Notes: a model not told the origin generated them from the sequence alone. A DNA stretch of 57,909 nt from Candidatus Kaiserbacteria bacterium (GCA_043729945.1 JAYTKW010000022.1:1-57909); one strand, 5' to 3'; shown: positions 16,810 through 27,818, counted from the first letter of the stretch. Made by a program: numbers and translations.

Positions 16810-18216
16810 TTATGCCTTTGCCTCAGTCCCTTCCTCGTCTGACTCTTTGGCTTCAGCGTTTACGAGAGCCTCGGCTTCTTCGGGAGTATCTACTTCATCC
16901 ATTTCGTCACTGTCTGGTTCTACGTCACGGTCGGTTGTTGCCTCGTCTTCGACCATTTCGGTAGCGGCGAGGGTAGTGGTGTCTTCTTCTACTAATTCTT
17001 CAACCACGGTTGTGGGTGCTGGTTTGGTAGTTACGGTAGTAGCGTCACCCTCGGCTAACGCTTCACCTGTTTGGGCAGACACGATATCAATTTTCCAACC
17101 AGTGAGTTTGGCAGCCAGGCGAACATTCTGTCCACCGCGTCCGATAGCGAGTGATTGCTGATCGGCAGCCACTTCAGCCACGGCGTGACCGCGGTCACCA
17201 GTTTCAGCATTCGGTTCAGTGACGATTTTGACACTAATCACCTGGGCTGGAGACAGGGCGTCTTCGATGAACTCAGTTGGTGTGGCTGACCATTCGATGA
17301 TGTCGATTTTCTCTCCCCCTAGTTCACTCATAACGGTTGAAACACGCACTCCTCGTTGTCCTACCATTGATCCAACCGGGTCAATGTGTGAATCGTGGGC
17401 AAAGACCGCAATCTTTGAACGAGCGCCAGCTTCACGGGCCACGGCTTTTACTTCGACTGATCCCGTTTGTAGTTCGGGTGTTTCAATCGCAAATAGCCCA
17501 GCTAGGAAATCAGGATGCGCCCGAGATAACTTGAGGAAGATCCCGCGCGGTGTTTCTTCAACTGCGAGCAAAATCGCGCGGATCCGTTCTCCCGGTTTGT
17601 ACCGTTCGCCCGGCATTTGTTCATCGTACGGCATGATAGCGGTCATACGACCAAGGTCAACATACAAATTGCCACGTTCAAAGCGTTGCACTTGACCCAC
17701 AACGATGTCTCCGGCTTTCTGACTAAATTCAGCCATGGCTGATTCTTTTTCAGCTTCACGGATTTTCTGGACGATAACCTGCTTGGCTGTCTGCGCCGCA
17801 ATACGACCGAAATCAGCCTTTGATTCAAGTGGGAAAATCAACTGTTCACCCAAGGCCGCGCCCTTCTTGATCATTTGCGCCACGCCCTGCATGATGTGCT
17901 TTTCCTCATCAAATCGCACCTTTTTGATACCCTCTGCGTCGGGCATTACATCCTCTTCGTCATGAATGTCCTCTTCGCCTTCGGCCGCGGCTTCACGCAA
18001 CATACTCTCGTCTACGACAATTTTAATTTGATTGAAAATCACATCACCCGTCGCTAAATCAAAGTGGGCAGTGATAATCTGTCCTCGTTTTCCAAATTCC
18101 TTTTTGTAGGCAGTAGCCAGAGACTGCTCAATGGCGTCAATCATCTTCTCGCGCTTAATGCCACGCTCCTCTTCCATTTCGGTCAATACCGCATGGATTA
18201 CTTTTAGATCAAACAT
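16810..18216 (-). CDS. nusA: Transcription termination/antitermination factor NusA with an acidic C-terminal tail
   Basis: Start set at MFDLKVIHAVL. The S1 and KH domain pattern is present, and the ~90-aa tail is D/E-rich. Confidence 0.88.
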   Translation of the reverse strand: MFDLKVIHAVLTEMEEERGIKREKMIDAIEQSLATAYKKEFGKRGQIITAHFDLATGDVIFNQIKIVVDESMLREAAAEGEEDIHDEEDVMPDAEGIKKVRFDEEKHIMQGVAQMIKKGAALGEQLIFPLESKADFGRIAAQTAKQVIVQKIREAEKESAMAEFSQKAGDIVVGQVQRFERGNLYVDLGRMTAIMPYDEQMPGERYKPGERIRAILLAVEETPRGIFLKLSRAHPDFLAGLFAIETPELQTGSVEVKAVAREAGARSKIAVFAHDSHIDPVGSMVGQRGVRVSTVMSELGGEKIDIIEWSATPTEFIEDALSPAQVISVKIVTEPNAETGDRGHAVAEVAADQQSLAIGRGGQNVRLAAKLTGWKIDIVSAQTGEALAEGDATTVTTKPAPTTVVEELVEEDTTTLAATEMVEDEATTDRDVEPDSDEMDEVDTPEEAEALVNAEAKESDEEGTEAKA

Positions 18217-18597
18217 ATATATGTAGGGTGAGGTATTCCTCATTAGTTGTAAATCGTCCTGCCAGCCGTCACTTTTGGACAAAGAACGCGCGGGCAAGCG
18301 CCCGCGCGGAAGTCCCTTATAATATACCCCAAACCCTAAAAAGTGCAAATGAAAGGTACCCCTTTCTTTGCACACCGTTTCTAAAGTATTATCAATTAGA
18401 AACAAAATATGGCAAAACAAGGATTTAGAATTGCGGTTGAAATCAAAAACGAGATTATCAGTAAACTCAAAATTAGTTAACTCTAACAGTTCGGACTCAC
18501 TTCACCGTTTGCATGCCGTACAGGGGTCTCACGTTACTCTCTCCGTGATTTCTTTGGGTTGGTATGTAGTCGGTGAAGTGAGATATTTGAGGTTAGA

Positions 18598-19737
18598 TTA
18601 TACCGATGATTCAGGTAGTAAAATGTCCAAGTACGTATCCGGATTCATGACAGTGTAGGTGGCTAAGGGGTAGGTGGTGGTAAATAGCTTGGGGGCTTTG
18701 GGGATTTTTTTGGTTCCCCATTTGCATTCGTAGCCGGTGAGGGCTCCATTATGTTCTCGGACGATGTCGACTTCTTGGCCCTGATGGGTGCGCCAGAAAT
18801 AGAAGGTGCTATTTATATCTGCCAAGTTGTCTTTTTTTAGTAACTCCATAAAACAGAAATTTTCCCAGAGGGCACCAACATCTGACCGTGATGACAGTGG
18901 ATTAAACTGTCCAATAACTGCGTTACGAATACCATTATCAAGAAAATAGTACCGAGCTTTTTGGGTAATTTCATTTCGTAAATTACGACTAAATCCTCCA
19001 ACTCGTTTAATAACAAACATTTTTTCGAGTAAATCCAAATACCGTCCCACAGTTTGTACACTTGTGTTAAGGGCATTAGAAATTTCGTTGAGAGAAACAT
19101 CGTGTCCGATTTGCAGGGCTATCATCTTTGCAATATTACGGAGGAGTTCGGGTGACTTGATACCTTCAATCGCGAGGGCGTCCTTATATAGGTAGGAAGA
19201 GGCAAGTTCGCTTAGAAGCTTCTCTTTTGCACTAGTGTTGGGAGCAAGAAGAACTTCGGGATATGATCCGTACAGTAAAAACGTTTCAAGATTATTTCGC
19301 ACCTCAAATACGTTGGCCTGCATCTCAGACTGGGCGAGCGGGAGGAGGGTGAGTGTAAAGTGGCGGCCGGTGAGAGGTTCGCCAACTTCTGATGCCAAAT
19401 ACAGAGATGAAGAACCGGTCAGGATGAGTGTTTTTTCTGGAAACGCATCTACTAACATTTTTGCACCGATTCCAATGTGTGGTATTTGCTGAGCTTCATC
19501 AATAGCGATTAGGGTGTACTTTTGTGCAAAATCTTTAATATCAGATAGATATTGTCGAGAAAACGCGTCGCGCACTCGCCCGTCGTCACCATTGGCAAAA
19601 AAAGAGGTCTGAGGAGGTTGTTTTTGTAGGAATGTACTTAAGAGCGTCGTTTTTCCAATTCGTCTTGGTCCATAAATAATGAGGGCTCTTTTAGGATACA
19701 GCTCGGCTTCAATTGATTGTTTTCGAGTGAAATTCAT
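18598..19737 (-). CDS. AAA ATPase with a DUF4143-type C-terminal domain
   Basis: 379 aa with Walker A GPRRIGKTT and Walker B IAIDEAQ. The DNA is AT-rich. Confidence 0.7.
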   Translation of the reverse strand: MNFTRKQSIEAELYPKRALIIYGPRRIGKTTLLSTFLQKQPPQTSFFANGDDGRVRDAFSRQYLSDIKDFAQKYTLIAIDEAQQIPHIGIGAKMLVDAFPEKTLILTGSSSLYLASEVGEPLTGRHFTLTLLPLAQSEMQANVFEVRNNLETFLLYGSYPEVLLAPNTSAKEKLLSELASSYLYKDALAIEGIKSPELLRNIAKMIALQIGHDVSLNEISNALNTSVQTVGRYLDLLEKMFVIKRVGGFSRNLRNEITQKARYYFLDNGIRNAVIGQFNPLSSRSDVGALWENFCFMELLKKDNLADINSTFYFWRTHQGQEVDIVREHNGALTGYECKWGTKKIPKAPKLFTTTYPLATYTVMNPDTYLDILLPESSV

Positions 19738-20076
19738 AAATTTATAAGATAGTAATTAATAAATTATACTAAATTTATAATATACAATACCATAAATTAT
19801 GTCAATTTTAGGGTATTGCATACCATAAAATACGTTTTTTCTCGAAAAACACTTATTTAGTCGCACCAGAGGTTGATATCGGTGGCTACTTTGCCATGGT
19901 AGAGGCTAACGCCAGCCGCGCCTTCGGTATAATCTATAAATCCCATGGCGGAGTTCACGATAGTGCTTTCTGTATAGTGATTGTGTGCCACGCAGGTTTG
20001 CAAACAGTTGTGCATAAAGTATTGGGGGTTTGTTTGCTATACTTGATGGCGAGGTAGCTCTTAATGCTTTTTTACA

Positions 20077-21828
20077 ATGCGGATTGCTGACGATCAGTTG
20101 AAACGTTTTATTTTGGATTCGAACCTTATTACTAAGGCGGATATTGCTGCGGCTGAAAAGGTGGCTAAAGACGAGAATCGGTCGTTGTCTGAAGCCCTAG
20201 TCTCAGGGGGGCAGATGACCGAAGACGATATGCGCCGTGTTGAGTCGTACGTTTTAGGGATTCCGTTTGTGTCACTCAAGGATATTAAAATCGATTTTGA
20301 CATCCTGTCTTTGATCCCCGAACCAGTCGCCCGTACCCACAATATTATTGCCTTTAAGAAGAATGAATTTACCCTTGAGGTAGCAATGCTTGATACCGCT
20401 GATTTGCCGGCGATTGATTTTATAAAGAAAAAGGTGGGCCTCAAGATTTTGGCCCGGTTGACCGATACCGAATCAATGCGAGGGGCATTGCGCCAATACC
20501 AGAAAACGCTCAAGGATGAGTTTGGTGATTTAATCATGAAAGACGCGTCGGCGCTCAAGGTTGTCGCTGATGCGGAGGGTGAAGAAGCATCCGAGGCTGA
20601 TTTGAAAAAAATGGCCGAGGACCTGCCGGTGGTGCGGATTGTGGACACGCTTTTGCGTCATGCCATCATTCAGGGGGCGTCGGATATTCATATTGAACCA
20701 ATGGAAGAAGAGGTGCTGGTGCGCTACCGGATCGATGGCATTTTAAATGACGCGATGAAGTTACCTAAAATTGCTTCGGGGACAATCGTCGCCAGGCTCA
20801 AGGTACTGTCTAATTTGAAACTAGATCAAAAGCGTCTGCCACAAGACGGACGCTTTAAAATGGAGATGGATGGTCAAAAAGTGGCCTTTCGCGTGTCGAT
20901 GCTGCCGGTCTATTATGGTGAGAAAGTAGTAATGCGGTTGCTGCGAGAAAATCGGACAGGCTTCTCACTTGAGGGGATTGGATTTCACGGAGCAACGTTA
21001 GAGCGGATTCACAAAGCCACACGGGCAACGACCGGTATCATTCTGGTGACTGGCCCGACGGGGTCTGGTAAATCGACGTCGCTCTACACCGTGCTCGATC
21101 TCTTGAATACACCCGAAGTGAACATTTCAACGGTGGAAGACCCGATTGAATACCAGATGGCTCGGGTCAATCAAACACAGGTAAAACCTGATATTGGATT
21201 TACGTTTGCCGCAGGGCTGCGGTCACTGATGCGTCAGGATCCAGATATTATTATGGTGGGGGAAATTCGTGATCAAGAGACCGCCAGCTTGGCGATCAAT
21301 GCCGCCCTAACTGGACACCTCGTGCTGGCAACGGTGCACACTAATTCATCATCGGGTACGATTGCGCGGTTGATTGATATGGGGGTGGAATCGTTCTTGC
21401 TCGTTTCAACACTGCGGGTAGCTATCGGACAACGGTTGGTGCGTAAACTATCAGATGATAAAATTCCGTACACTCTGTCCAAGGCCGAGCGCGACGAATT
21501 GTCTCTCCACGCTAACCTCGATTTCGTGCTGGCGACTCTCAAGGAAGAAAAAATCGTTAAAGACGACGCTACCTGGAACGATATCCCGTTTTATCATCCC
21601 AAAGAAAAAGGTCAGACTGATGATGGGTACCATGGCCGCATGGGTATTCACGAGGTGTTTGAAATGTCGGCTACCATCAAAGATATGGTGATGAGTCACC
21701 AAACGGGTGATGCGCTCGAGGCGCAGGCTCGCAAGGAGGGGATGCTCACGATGATGGAAGACGGTATCTACAAAGCGGCCAAGGGACTGACTAGTGTCGA
21801 GGAAGTACTCCGAGTGATTAGTGAGTAA
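20077..21828 (+). CDS. pilB: Type IV pilus assembly ATPase (GspE/PilB family)
   Basis: 583 aa with Walker A GPTGSGKST and the His box ATVHTNS. Confidence 0.9.
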   Translation: MRIADDQLKRFILDSNLITKADIAAAEKVAKDENRSLSEALVSGGQMTEDDMRRVESYVLGIPFVSLKDIKIDFDILSLIPEPVARTHNIIAFKKNEFTLEVAMLDTADLPAIDFIKKKVGLKILARLTDTESMRGALRQYQKTLKDEFGDLIMKDASALKVVADAEGEEASEADLKKMAEDLPVVRIVDTLLRHAIIQGASDIHIEPMEEEVLVRYRIDGILNDAMKLPKIASGTIVARLKVLSNLKLDQKRLPQDGRFKMEMDGQKVAFRVSMLPVYYGEKVVMRLLRENRTGFSLEGIGFHGATLERIHKATRATTGIILVTGPTGSGKSTSLYTVLDLLNTPEVNISTVEDPIEYQMARVNQTQVKPDIGFTFAAGLRSLMRQDPDIIMVGEIRDQETASLAINAALTGHLVLATVHTNSSSGTIARLIDMGVESFLLVSTLRVAIGQRLVRKLSDDKIPYTLSKAERDELSLHANLDFVLATLKEEKIVKDDATWNDIPFYHPKEKGQTDDGYHGRMGIHEVFEMSATIKDMVMSHQTGDALEAQARKEGMLTMMEDGIYKAAKGLTSVEEVLRVISE

Positions 21829-21832
21829 CAAT

Positions 21833-23062
21833 ATGGCCACATTTATCTATCAGGGCGAAGATGGTGAAGGTAAAAAAGTCAAAGAGACTGTGACGGCTAC
21901 TGATCGTTACGCCGTCTATGATATTGCCCGCACCAGTGGCCACACAATTTCCAGTATCGAGGAACAGACGGGGTTTTCGGCCAAACGCTTCTTTAATATG
22001 GAGGCCATCAACTATAAGTTGGGGCGGGTAAAGCAAGACGAACTTGTAATGACTACTCGTAACTTGGGGTCGATGTTGGTGGCGGGACTGACCGTTACCA
22101 GGGCACTATCTGTTATCGAACGGCAGTCGACTAACGCCAAATTAAAAGGAGTGGTTAAAAAATTAATTGCCCGCATTAACAAAGGCGATCAGTTTTTCGA
22201 GTCCCTCAAAGAATTTCCGGAAGTTTTCTCGGATCTGTATGTGGCGATGATTCGCGCCGGGGAAGAGAGCGGGAACCTGGCCCAGTCACTGCAGACCCTC
22301 GCCATCCAGATGGAGAAATCCTCGAGCCTCAAGAAAAAAATTAAAGGGGCGATGATGTACCCATCAATTGTGATTATTGTGATGTTGATTATTGGTGTAC
22401 TCATGATGATATTTGTGATGCCGCAAATCACTGGGGTCTTCAAAGAAATGGGAACTGAGCTACCGGCTACAACGCAGTTTTTGATTTCAGCGAGTGATTT
22501 TTTCGCTAACTATACGCTCATTGCTGTCGGTTCAATGATAGGTTTTTTCTTTGGGATGGCATATTTGATTCGCTCTAAATATGGAAAAATTGGGACTTCG
22601 TGGTTGGTGCCAAAGCTGCCCGTTATTGGCACACTAGCCAAAGAAATGAACTCAGCGCGGACTGCGCGGACGCTATCATCCCTGCTTAACTCGGGGGTTG
22701 ATGTCATGCAGGCACTCGAGATTACTGAGGAAGTAGTCCAAAACCATTTTTATAAAAAAATCCTCAAAGACGCTCGTGCCCGCGTCGAGAAAGGATCGGC
22801 CCTGTCCGATGCCTTTATTGAACGCACGGACCTGTATCCAATTTTAGTGGGCGAGATGATTTTAGTGGGCGAGGAAACGGGGCAAATTTCTGGAATGCTC
22901 GCTGAGCTGGCGATTTTCTATGAAACCGAAGTCGAACGAAAAACCAAAGACCTCTCGACGATTATCGAGCCACTACTGATGGTAGTAATCGGCGGCGGGG
23001 TGGGGTTCTTTGCGCTGGCTTTGATTGCTCCAATTTATTCTATCGGCGATGGTATTAAATAA
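21833..23062 (+). CDS. pilC: Type IV pilus platform protein (GspF/PilC family)
   Basis: About 409 aa with the duplicated T2SS-F domain pattern and three TM segments. Confidence 0.85.
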   Translation: MATFIYQGEDGEGKKVKETVTATDRYAVYDIARTSGHTISSIEEQTGFSAKRFFNMEAINYKLGRVKQDELVMTTRNLGSMLVAGLTVTRALSVIERQSTNAKLKGVVKKLIARINKGDQFFESLKEFPEVFSDLYVAMIRAGEESGNLAQSLQTLAIQMEKSSSLKKKIKGAMMYPSIVIIVMLIIGVLMMIFVMPQITGVFKEMGTELPATTQFLISASDFFANYTLIAVGSMIGFFFGMAYLIRSKYGKIGTSWLVPKLPVIGTLAKEMNSARTARTLSSLLNSGVDVMQALEITEEVVQNHFYKKILKDARARVEKGSALSDAFIERTDLYPILVGEMILVGEETGQISGMLAELAIFYETEVERKTKDLSTIIEPLLMVVIGGGVGFFALALIAPIYSIGDGIK

Positions 23063-24782
23063 ATTAACAACCGCCCGAGGGTTTTCGCTCGTCGAGCTAC
23101 TGGTGACAGCGGCGGTTATGCTAATTGTGTTTGGGGGTCTATTTGGTGGCTTTCGTTATACACTCGATGTTATTAGTAACAGTCGAGCGAAATTGTCAGC
23201 CCTCACGCTTGCGAACGAACGGATGGAATACATTCGGTCGTTGTCCTATGACGCTGTCGGTACTGTATCAGGATTGCCTAATGGTGCACTTCCCCAAGTC
23301 AGCACGTCATCGCTCAATGGTATTATTTTTACGCAAACCGTACTGATTCAGTATGTTGATGACGCTGCCGACGGCATTGGTGTCGCTGATAGCAATATGA
23401 TCACGACAGATTATAAAGTCGCCAAAGTCACCATTGGGTGGTCGGTGCGAGGTGTGGCCAAGGAGATATTTTTAGTGAGTACAATTATTCCGCGTTCAAT
23501 TGAAACTAACGTGGGTGGCGGAACGGTGCGAGTCAATGTGTTTGATGCAAATTTAGCCCCCTTGCCTGGGGCGGATGTGCGGTTGCTCAATACGACCGGT
23601 ACCAGCACGGTTGATGTTACGCGGAGTTCCGATGCTACCGGAGTAGCGCTCTTTGGTGGAGCGCCAGCCGGCTCTAATTACCAAATTTTTGTTACTGCCC
23701 TAGGGTACTCATCGGAACAAACGTATGTGGCGACGACGACGCTTCCCAATCCAACAACTGCCCCAATATCGGTAACTGTTGCTAATATCTCCACGGTTAA
23801 CTTTTTCATTGATCGGTTAAGCAGTCTTACTATTACTACTCTCTTGAATAAAACGGCGAGTACCAGTGTGTTTACTTTTTCTGACCTCAGTCAAATTGCT
23901 AGTTCTAGCGCGGTAACAACGGCCGCTAGCTCACTTACATTGACTTCAAGTGCAGGATTGTACAGCGCTACCGGCTTTGCGTACCTAAATCCCATTACAC
24001 CAGCGGTCATTGATAGCTGGGATACGTTTACATTAGTAGCGACGACAACCGCCCTTACTACGGTGCACGTTTCGTTTTATACTGGAACTAGTACCTACAC
24101 CCTGATTTCTGATAGTGATCTACCAGGCAATAGCGCTGGTTTTTCTGGTTCGACAATTTCTCTCGCCGCCTTGAACTCTGTGGCATATCCGAGCCTTGTG
24201 CCCCGATTACAACTCGCCACCGCCTCATCAACCATTACCCCGCAGGTGGGACAAGTGAGTGTACGGTATATTGCGAGCAAAACTATCGCTCCCAATGTGG
24301 CTCTAGGAATTCTGGGAGCAAAAACTATTGGGACGTTGGCTGACACATCTCCAGTGTACAAATATAATAAATCTACAACGACCAATGGGAGCGGGGTGCG
24401 AACGATTGCCAATATCGAATATGACGCCTACACGATTGCCCCCACGGGTTATGACGTGTCCGAAGCCTGCCCATCTAATCCTGTTGCCGTACTCCCGAAC
24501 AGTGTTGTAAGTTTAGAGTTAATTCTAGCTGCGGATACGAGTGACTCATTTCGGGTGAGTGTTGTGACTGCTGCTGGGGCGTCGATTCCCGGAGCTACCG
24601 TAACGCTCGATCGTTCAGGCTACAACCAAACTAGAACAACCTCGGCTTGTGGGCAAGTGTTTTTTAGTGGTCTGACCGCAAATACGGACTATACGTTGAC
24701 CATAGTTGCGTCTGGATATACAACCCAAACGTTTACTAGTGTGAGTATTGGGGGTGACGCTACGCAAAAAGTAACATTTTAA
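23049..24782 (+). CDS. Giant pseudopilin with a prepilin-type N-terminus and two CarboxypepD_reg-like beta-sandwich segments
   Basis: Start MVLNKLTTARGFSLVELLV has the G-F-S-L-x-E prepilin motif. The start overlaps the end of pilC. Confidence 0.75.
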   Translation: MVLNKLTTARGFSLVELLVTAAVMLIVFGGLFGGFRYTLDVISNSRAKLSALTLANERMEYIRSLSYDAVGTVSGLPNGALPQVSTSSLNGIIFTQTVLIQYVDDAADGIGVADSNMITTDYKVAKVTIGWSVRGVAKEIFLVSTIIPRSIETNVGGGTVRVNVFDANLAPLPGADVRLLNTTGTSTVDVTRSSDATGVALFGGAPAGSNYQIFVTALGYSSEQTYVATTTLPNPTTAPISVTVANISTVNFFIDRLSSLTITTLLNKTASTSVFTFSDLSQIASSSAVTTAASSLTLTSSAGLYSATGFAYLNPITPAVIDSWDTFTLVATTTALTTVHVSFYTGTSTYTLISDSDLPGNSAGFSGSTISLAALNSVAYPSLVPRLQLATASSTITPQVGQVSVRYIASKTIAPNVALGILGAKTIGTLADTSPVYKYNKSTTTNGSGVRTIANIEYDAYTIAPTGYDVSEACPSNPVAVLPNSVVSLELILAADTSDSFRVSVVTAAGASIPGATVTLDRSGYNQTRTTSACGQVFFSGLTANTDYTLTIVASGYTTQTFTSVSIGGDATQKVTF

Positions 24783-24790
24783 ATATATTT

Positions 24791-25420
24791 ATGTTTACGT
24801 TAGGTAACAACCGCACATTTAATTACTCAAGCGGCTTTACCTTGCTTGAGACGGTAGTCGTGATTGCAATTAATACCATTTTACTCGTGGTGATTACCGG
24901 TAGTATCGCGCAGATTTACAAAAACAATAGCTATACCTTTGAGCAATCCAATGAGATTGAGGCTGCCAGACGTAGTATCGGTATTTGGGTGCGCGATGCT
25001 AGAGAAATGACGTCAGCGGGAAACGGTTCGTATCCAGTTGCAATACTCGAAAATAATCGTATGGGTTTCTACAGTGATATTGATCGGGACCTGAATGTTG
25101 AATATGTGGAGTATACCCTTACGGGTACCACCTTAACAAAAAAAACGTATAACCCTGTCGGATATCCCTCTGTATATAGTACTACGACACCGGATACGAC
25201 TGAGACGCTTTCGTTGTACGTACAAAACGGTTTACAAAATACCCCCGTGTTCACCTACTACGATGCGGCAGGGGTGATACTCGCTTCTCCCTCGGCGATG
25301 TTGACTGACGCACGGTTCATTTCGATGAAAATTATTGTCAATATCGATCCGCAACGTTCCCCGGGTGAGTTTATGTTGCGGGCGAGTGCGGCGCCACGTA
25401 ACCTCAAAGACAACCTCTAG
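24791..25420 (+). CDS. Pseudopilin (prepilin-type N-terminal cleavage/methylation motif)
   Basis: SSGFTLLETVVVIAI motif; 209 aa. Confidence 0.75.
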   Translation: MFTLGNNRTFNYSSGFTLLETVVVIAINTILLVVITGSIAQIYKNNSYTFEQSNEIEAARRSIGIWVRDAREMTSAGNGSYPVAILENNRMGFYSDIDRDLNVEYVEYTLTGTTLTKKTYNPVGYPSVYSTTTPDTTETLSLYVQNGLQNTPVFTYYDAAGVILASPSAMLTDARFISMKIIVNIDPQRSPGEFMLRASAAPRNLKDNL

Positions 25421-25424
25421 CCTG

Positions 25425-25541
25425 ACTTCCACAAACGGCGAACTTCTTCGTTGCTGCTGCGGTAAATGAGTGTTCACCATACAGTAGTATGGCTTACTCT
25501 CATTTCCTTGCGCGCCTAGAATTTCACTCGTTTCTGAAAGT
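25425..25541. mobile_element. MITE-like long-palindrome element copy
   Basis: Imperfect TIRs ACTTCCACAAACGGCGAA / TTCACTCGTTTCTGAAAGT. The core is TTCACCATAC-AGTA-GTATGGCTTA, followed by GCGCCTAGAA. Confidence 0.6.
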
Positions 25542-25561
25542 CATATATAATAAATATAGTT

Positions 25562-26983
25562 ATGATGAGTTCAAATCAACACACCGTCCGCGATGCAACC
25601 TCTGGGTATTTACTAGTGCTGGTATTGGTCTTTGGGGCGATATTTTTTATGATTGTGACATCGTTTACGACGTTTATTATTACGCAGAGTAAACTAGTAG
25701 CTTTAAAAGTTGAACAAGAAAGTGCGGGACAGATAGCAGAGGCAGGGCTTAGTTACTATAAATGGCGACTGGCTCATTACCCGAACGATCTCACTAACGG
25801 TACCGGTGTGCCTGGGCCCTACGTGGGAGTCTATTCTGATCCCGAAGGAACAGCAATTGGTGAATATTCATTATCAATTGCCAGTACGACGTATTGCGGG
25901 GACGTAGCGTCGCTTGATGTGACGTCCGTAGGGTATACCTACAAAGCGCCAACTGTTAAGCGTACTATTTCAGCGCGTTACGCGCGTCCAACGGTGGCAG
26001 AGTACTCGTATATTTTAAATTCAAATGTATGGGTTGGTCCGGATGCACAAATTATTGGTCCGTACCACTCAAATGGAGGTATTCGTATGGACGGGACCAA
26101 TAATTCAGTTGTTACTAGTGGGCAAACAAACTGGTCATGTACGCCTTCATTTGGCTGTAATCCTACTACCGCTCAAAATGGTGTATTTACCACCACGGCT
26201 AATGCTGTCACCTCACTGTTCGAGTTTCCGTCTGCGCCGATTAATTTTGCAGGCATTACGGTAAATTTAGCAAATATACAAAATAAAGCTCAAAATAATG
26301 GGGGTCAATATTTTGGCCCGTCGGGAAAATCTGGGTATCATATTATTTTTAATGCCAACGGTACCTATGAGGTGAGGCTTGTGAATGGCAAGGTAAACGA
26401 ACCAAATGGGTATGCATGGGGTCAGCAGATGAATATCCTCAACGGTACTACGCTCATTGGTACGTACCCAATTTCTGCCGCCTGTCCGGTCATATATGTT
26501 GAGGATCAGGTCTGGCTTGAGGGTGTCGTCAACGGTAAGGTGACATTAGCAGTGGCTGACGTGGATACTTCAGGTGTTGATCCGTCTATCATTTTAAATA
26601 ACAATATCACGTACGCCACGGCCACCTCAGGTATTTTGGCAATCAGTGAATACGATATTTTAATTGGTTTAGAAGTTCCGAACGATATGATTTTAAACGG
26701 CATTTTTATAGCACAAACTGGCCGTTTTGGTCGTAACCTCTATGATACAAGTATGCCAAATGCTTGGGAGACGTATATTTTACGCAACTCTTTGACGATG
26801 ACAGGAACTATCGTATCAAATGGTCGAGTGGGGACAAGGTGGGTTGATGGCAACGGAGTCTATATCTCTGGTTTTAATAATCGCTACAATTCATACGATA
26901 GAAACCTTGTTGCCAATCCGCCACCTTTGGTCCCGGTAACCTCGGATGTCTATAAATTTTCAGAGTGGCGTGATGCGAACTAA
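25562..26983 (+). CDS. Pilus-associated protein with a PilX-like N-terminal anchor
   Basis: 473 aa with an N-terminal hydrophobic segment GYLLVLVLVFGAIFFMIV. It lies in the pilus operon. Confidence 0.5.
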   Translation: MMSSNQHTVRDATSGYLLVLVLVFGAIFFMIVTSFTTFIITQSKLVALKVEQESAGQIAEAGLSYYKWRLAHYPNDLTNGTGVPGPYVGVYSDPEGTAIGEYSLSIASTTYCGDVASLDVTSVGYTYKAPTVKRTISARYARPTVAEYSYILNSNVWVGPDAQIIGPYHSNGGIRMDGTNNSVVTSGQTNWSCTPSFGCNPTTAQNGVFTTTANAVTSLFEFPSAPINFAGITVNLANIQNKAQNNGGQYFGPSGKSGYHIIFNANGTYEVRLVNGKVNEPNGYAWGQQMNILNGTTLIGTYPISAACPVIYVEDQVWLEGVVNGKVTLAVADVDTSGVDPSIILNNNITYATATSGILAISEYDILIGLEVPNDMILNGIFIAQTGRFGRNLYDTSMPNAWETYILRNSLTMTGTIVSNGRVGTRWVDGNGVYISGFNNRYNSYDRNLVANPPPLVPVTSDVYKFSEWRDAN

Positions 26984-27056
26984 TCAGCGGCCTATCTTTG
27001 GTGACCGCATTCATTGTCGGCAGTGATTCTTTTCGGTATGCTACAATTTTACTATT

Positions 27057-27818
27057 ATGAAAAATACCACACAGTCGCTTGTTATCGGTAATTGGAAGAT
27101 GAATCCCCAAAAAGCCACCGAGGCGAAAAAAATTGCCACCGAGCTCAAGAGTTTGCTTAAGAAAAATACGTCAGTGATGGTTGTCGTAGCTCCTCCAGCG
27201 TTGTATCTCGGTGAGGTAAAAAAAGCTCTCGGCACGAGCACTATCGTACTAGGTGCCCAGACAGTGAACGCGGCACCGCTCGGTGCTCAGACCGGCGAGC
27301 TCTCGGTTCCAATGCTCACTGATGCCGGAGTCGGTACTATTATTGTGGGCCATAGCGAGAGGCGGGCCCTTGGCGAGACTGACGCCATGATTGCAGATAA
27401 AGTCACTGCTATTTTAAAGGGTAAATTAACACCAATAATTTGCATTGGCGAACGAGAGCGGGATACGCAAGGAAATTTCTTGGGACTCGTTGAAACTCAA
27501 ATCAAAACAGCTTTGAGCACTGTCCCCAAAGCTCGGTTCAAAGACATCGTGATTGCCTATGAACCAATTTGGGCCATTGGAACCGGCGCCACTGCTACCC
27601 CGGACGATGTCAATGAGATGCGGTTATTTATTCAAAAAACATTGACGAAACATTTTGATCGAGCGGCGGCGATGAAAGTGCGAATTATTTACGGCGGATC
27701 AGTTTCAGCCGAAAACGCTGCGTCACTCTATGTGGGTAGTGGGGTTGATGGTTTCTTGGTCGGAGGAGCCAGTTTACGTCCGGCAGAATTTGCCAAAATT
27801 GTTAGTAGTGTTAGTTAA
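27057..27818 (+). CDS. tpiA: Triosephosphate isomerase
   Basis: 253 aa with AYEPIWAIGTG and GGASL motifs. Confidence 0.92.
   Translation: MKNTTQSLVIGNWKMNPQKATEAKKIATELKSLLKKNTSVMVVVAPPALYLGEVKKALGTSTIVLGAQTVNAAPLGAQTGELSVPMLTDAGVGTIIVGHSERRALGETDAMIADKVTAILKGKLTPIICIGERERDTQGNFLGLVETQIKTALSTVPKARFKDIVIAYEPIWAIGTGATATPDDVNEMRLFIQKTLTKHFDRAAAMKVRIIYGGSVSAENAASLYVGSGVDGFLVGGASLRPAEFAKIVSSVS

Noticed and set aside
19857-20015. 52-aa Cys-containing minus-strand ORF upstream of pilB (MHNCLQTCVAHNHY...)
   Set aside because: It has no SD, no recognisable family and no terminator. It is indistinguishable from a chance ORF.
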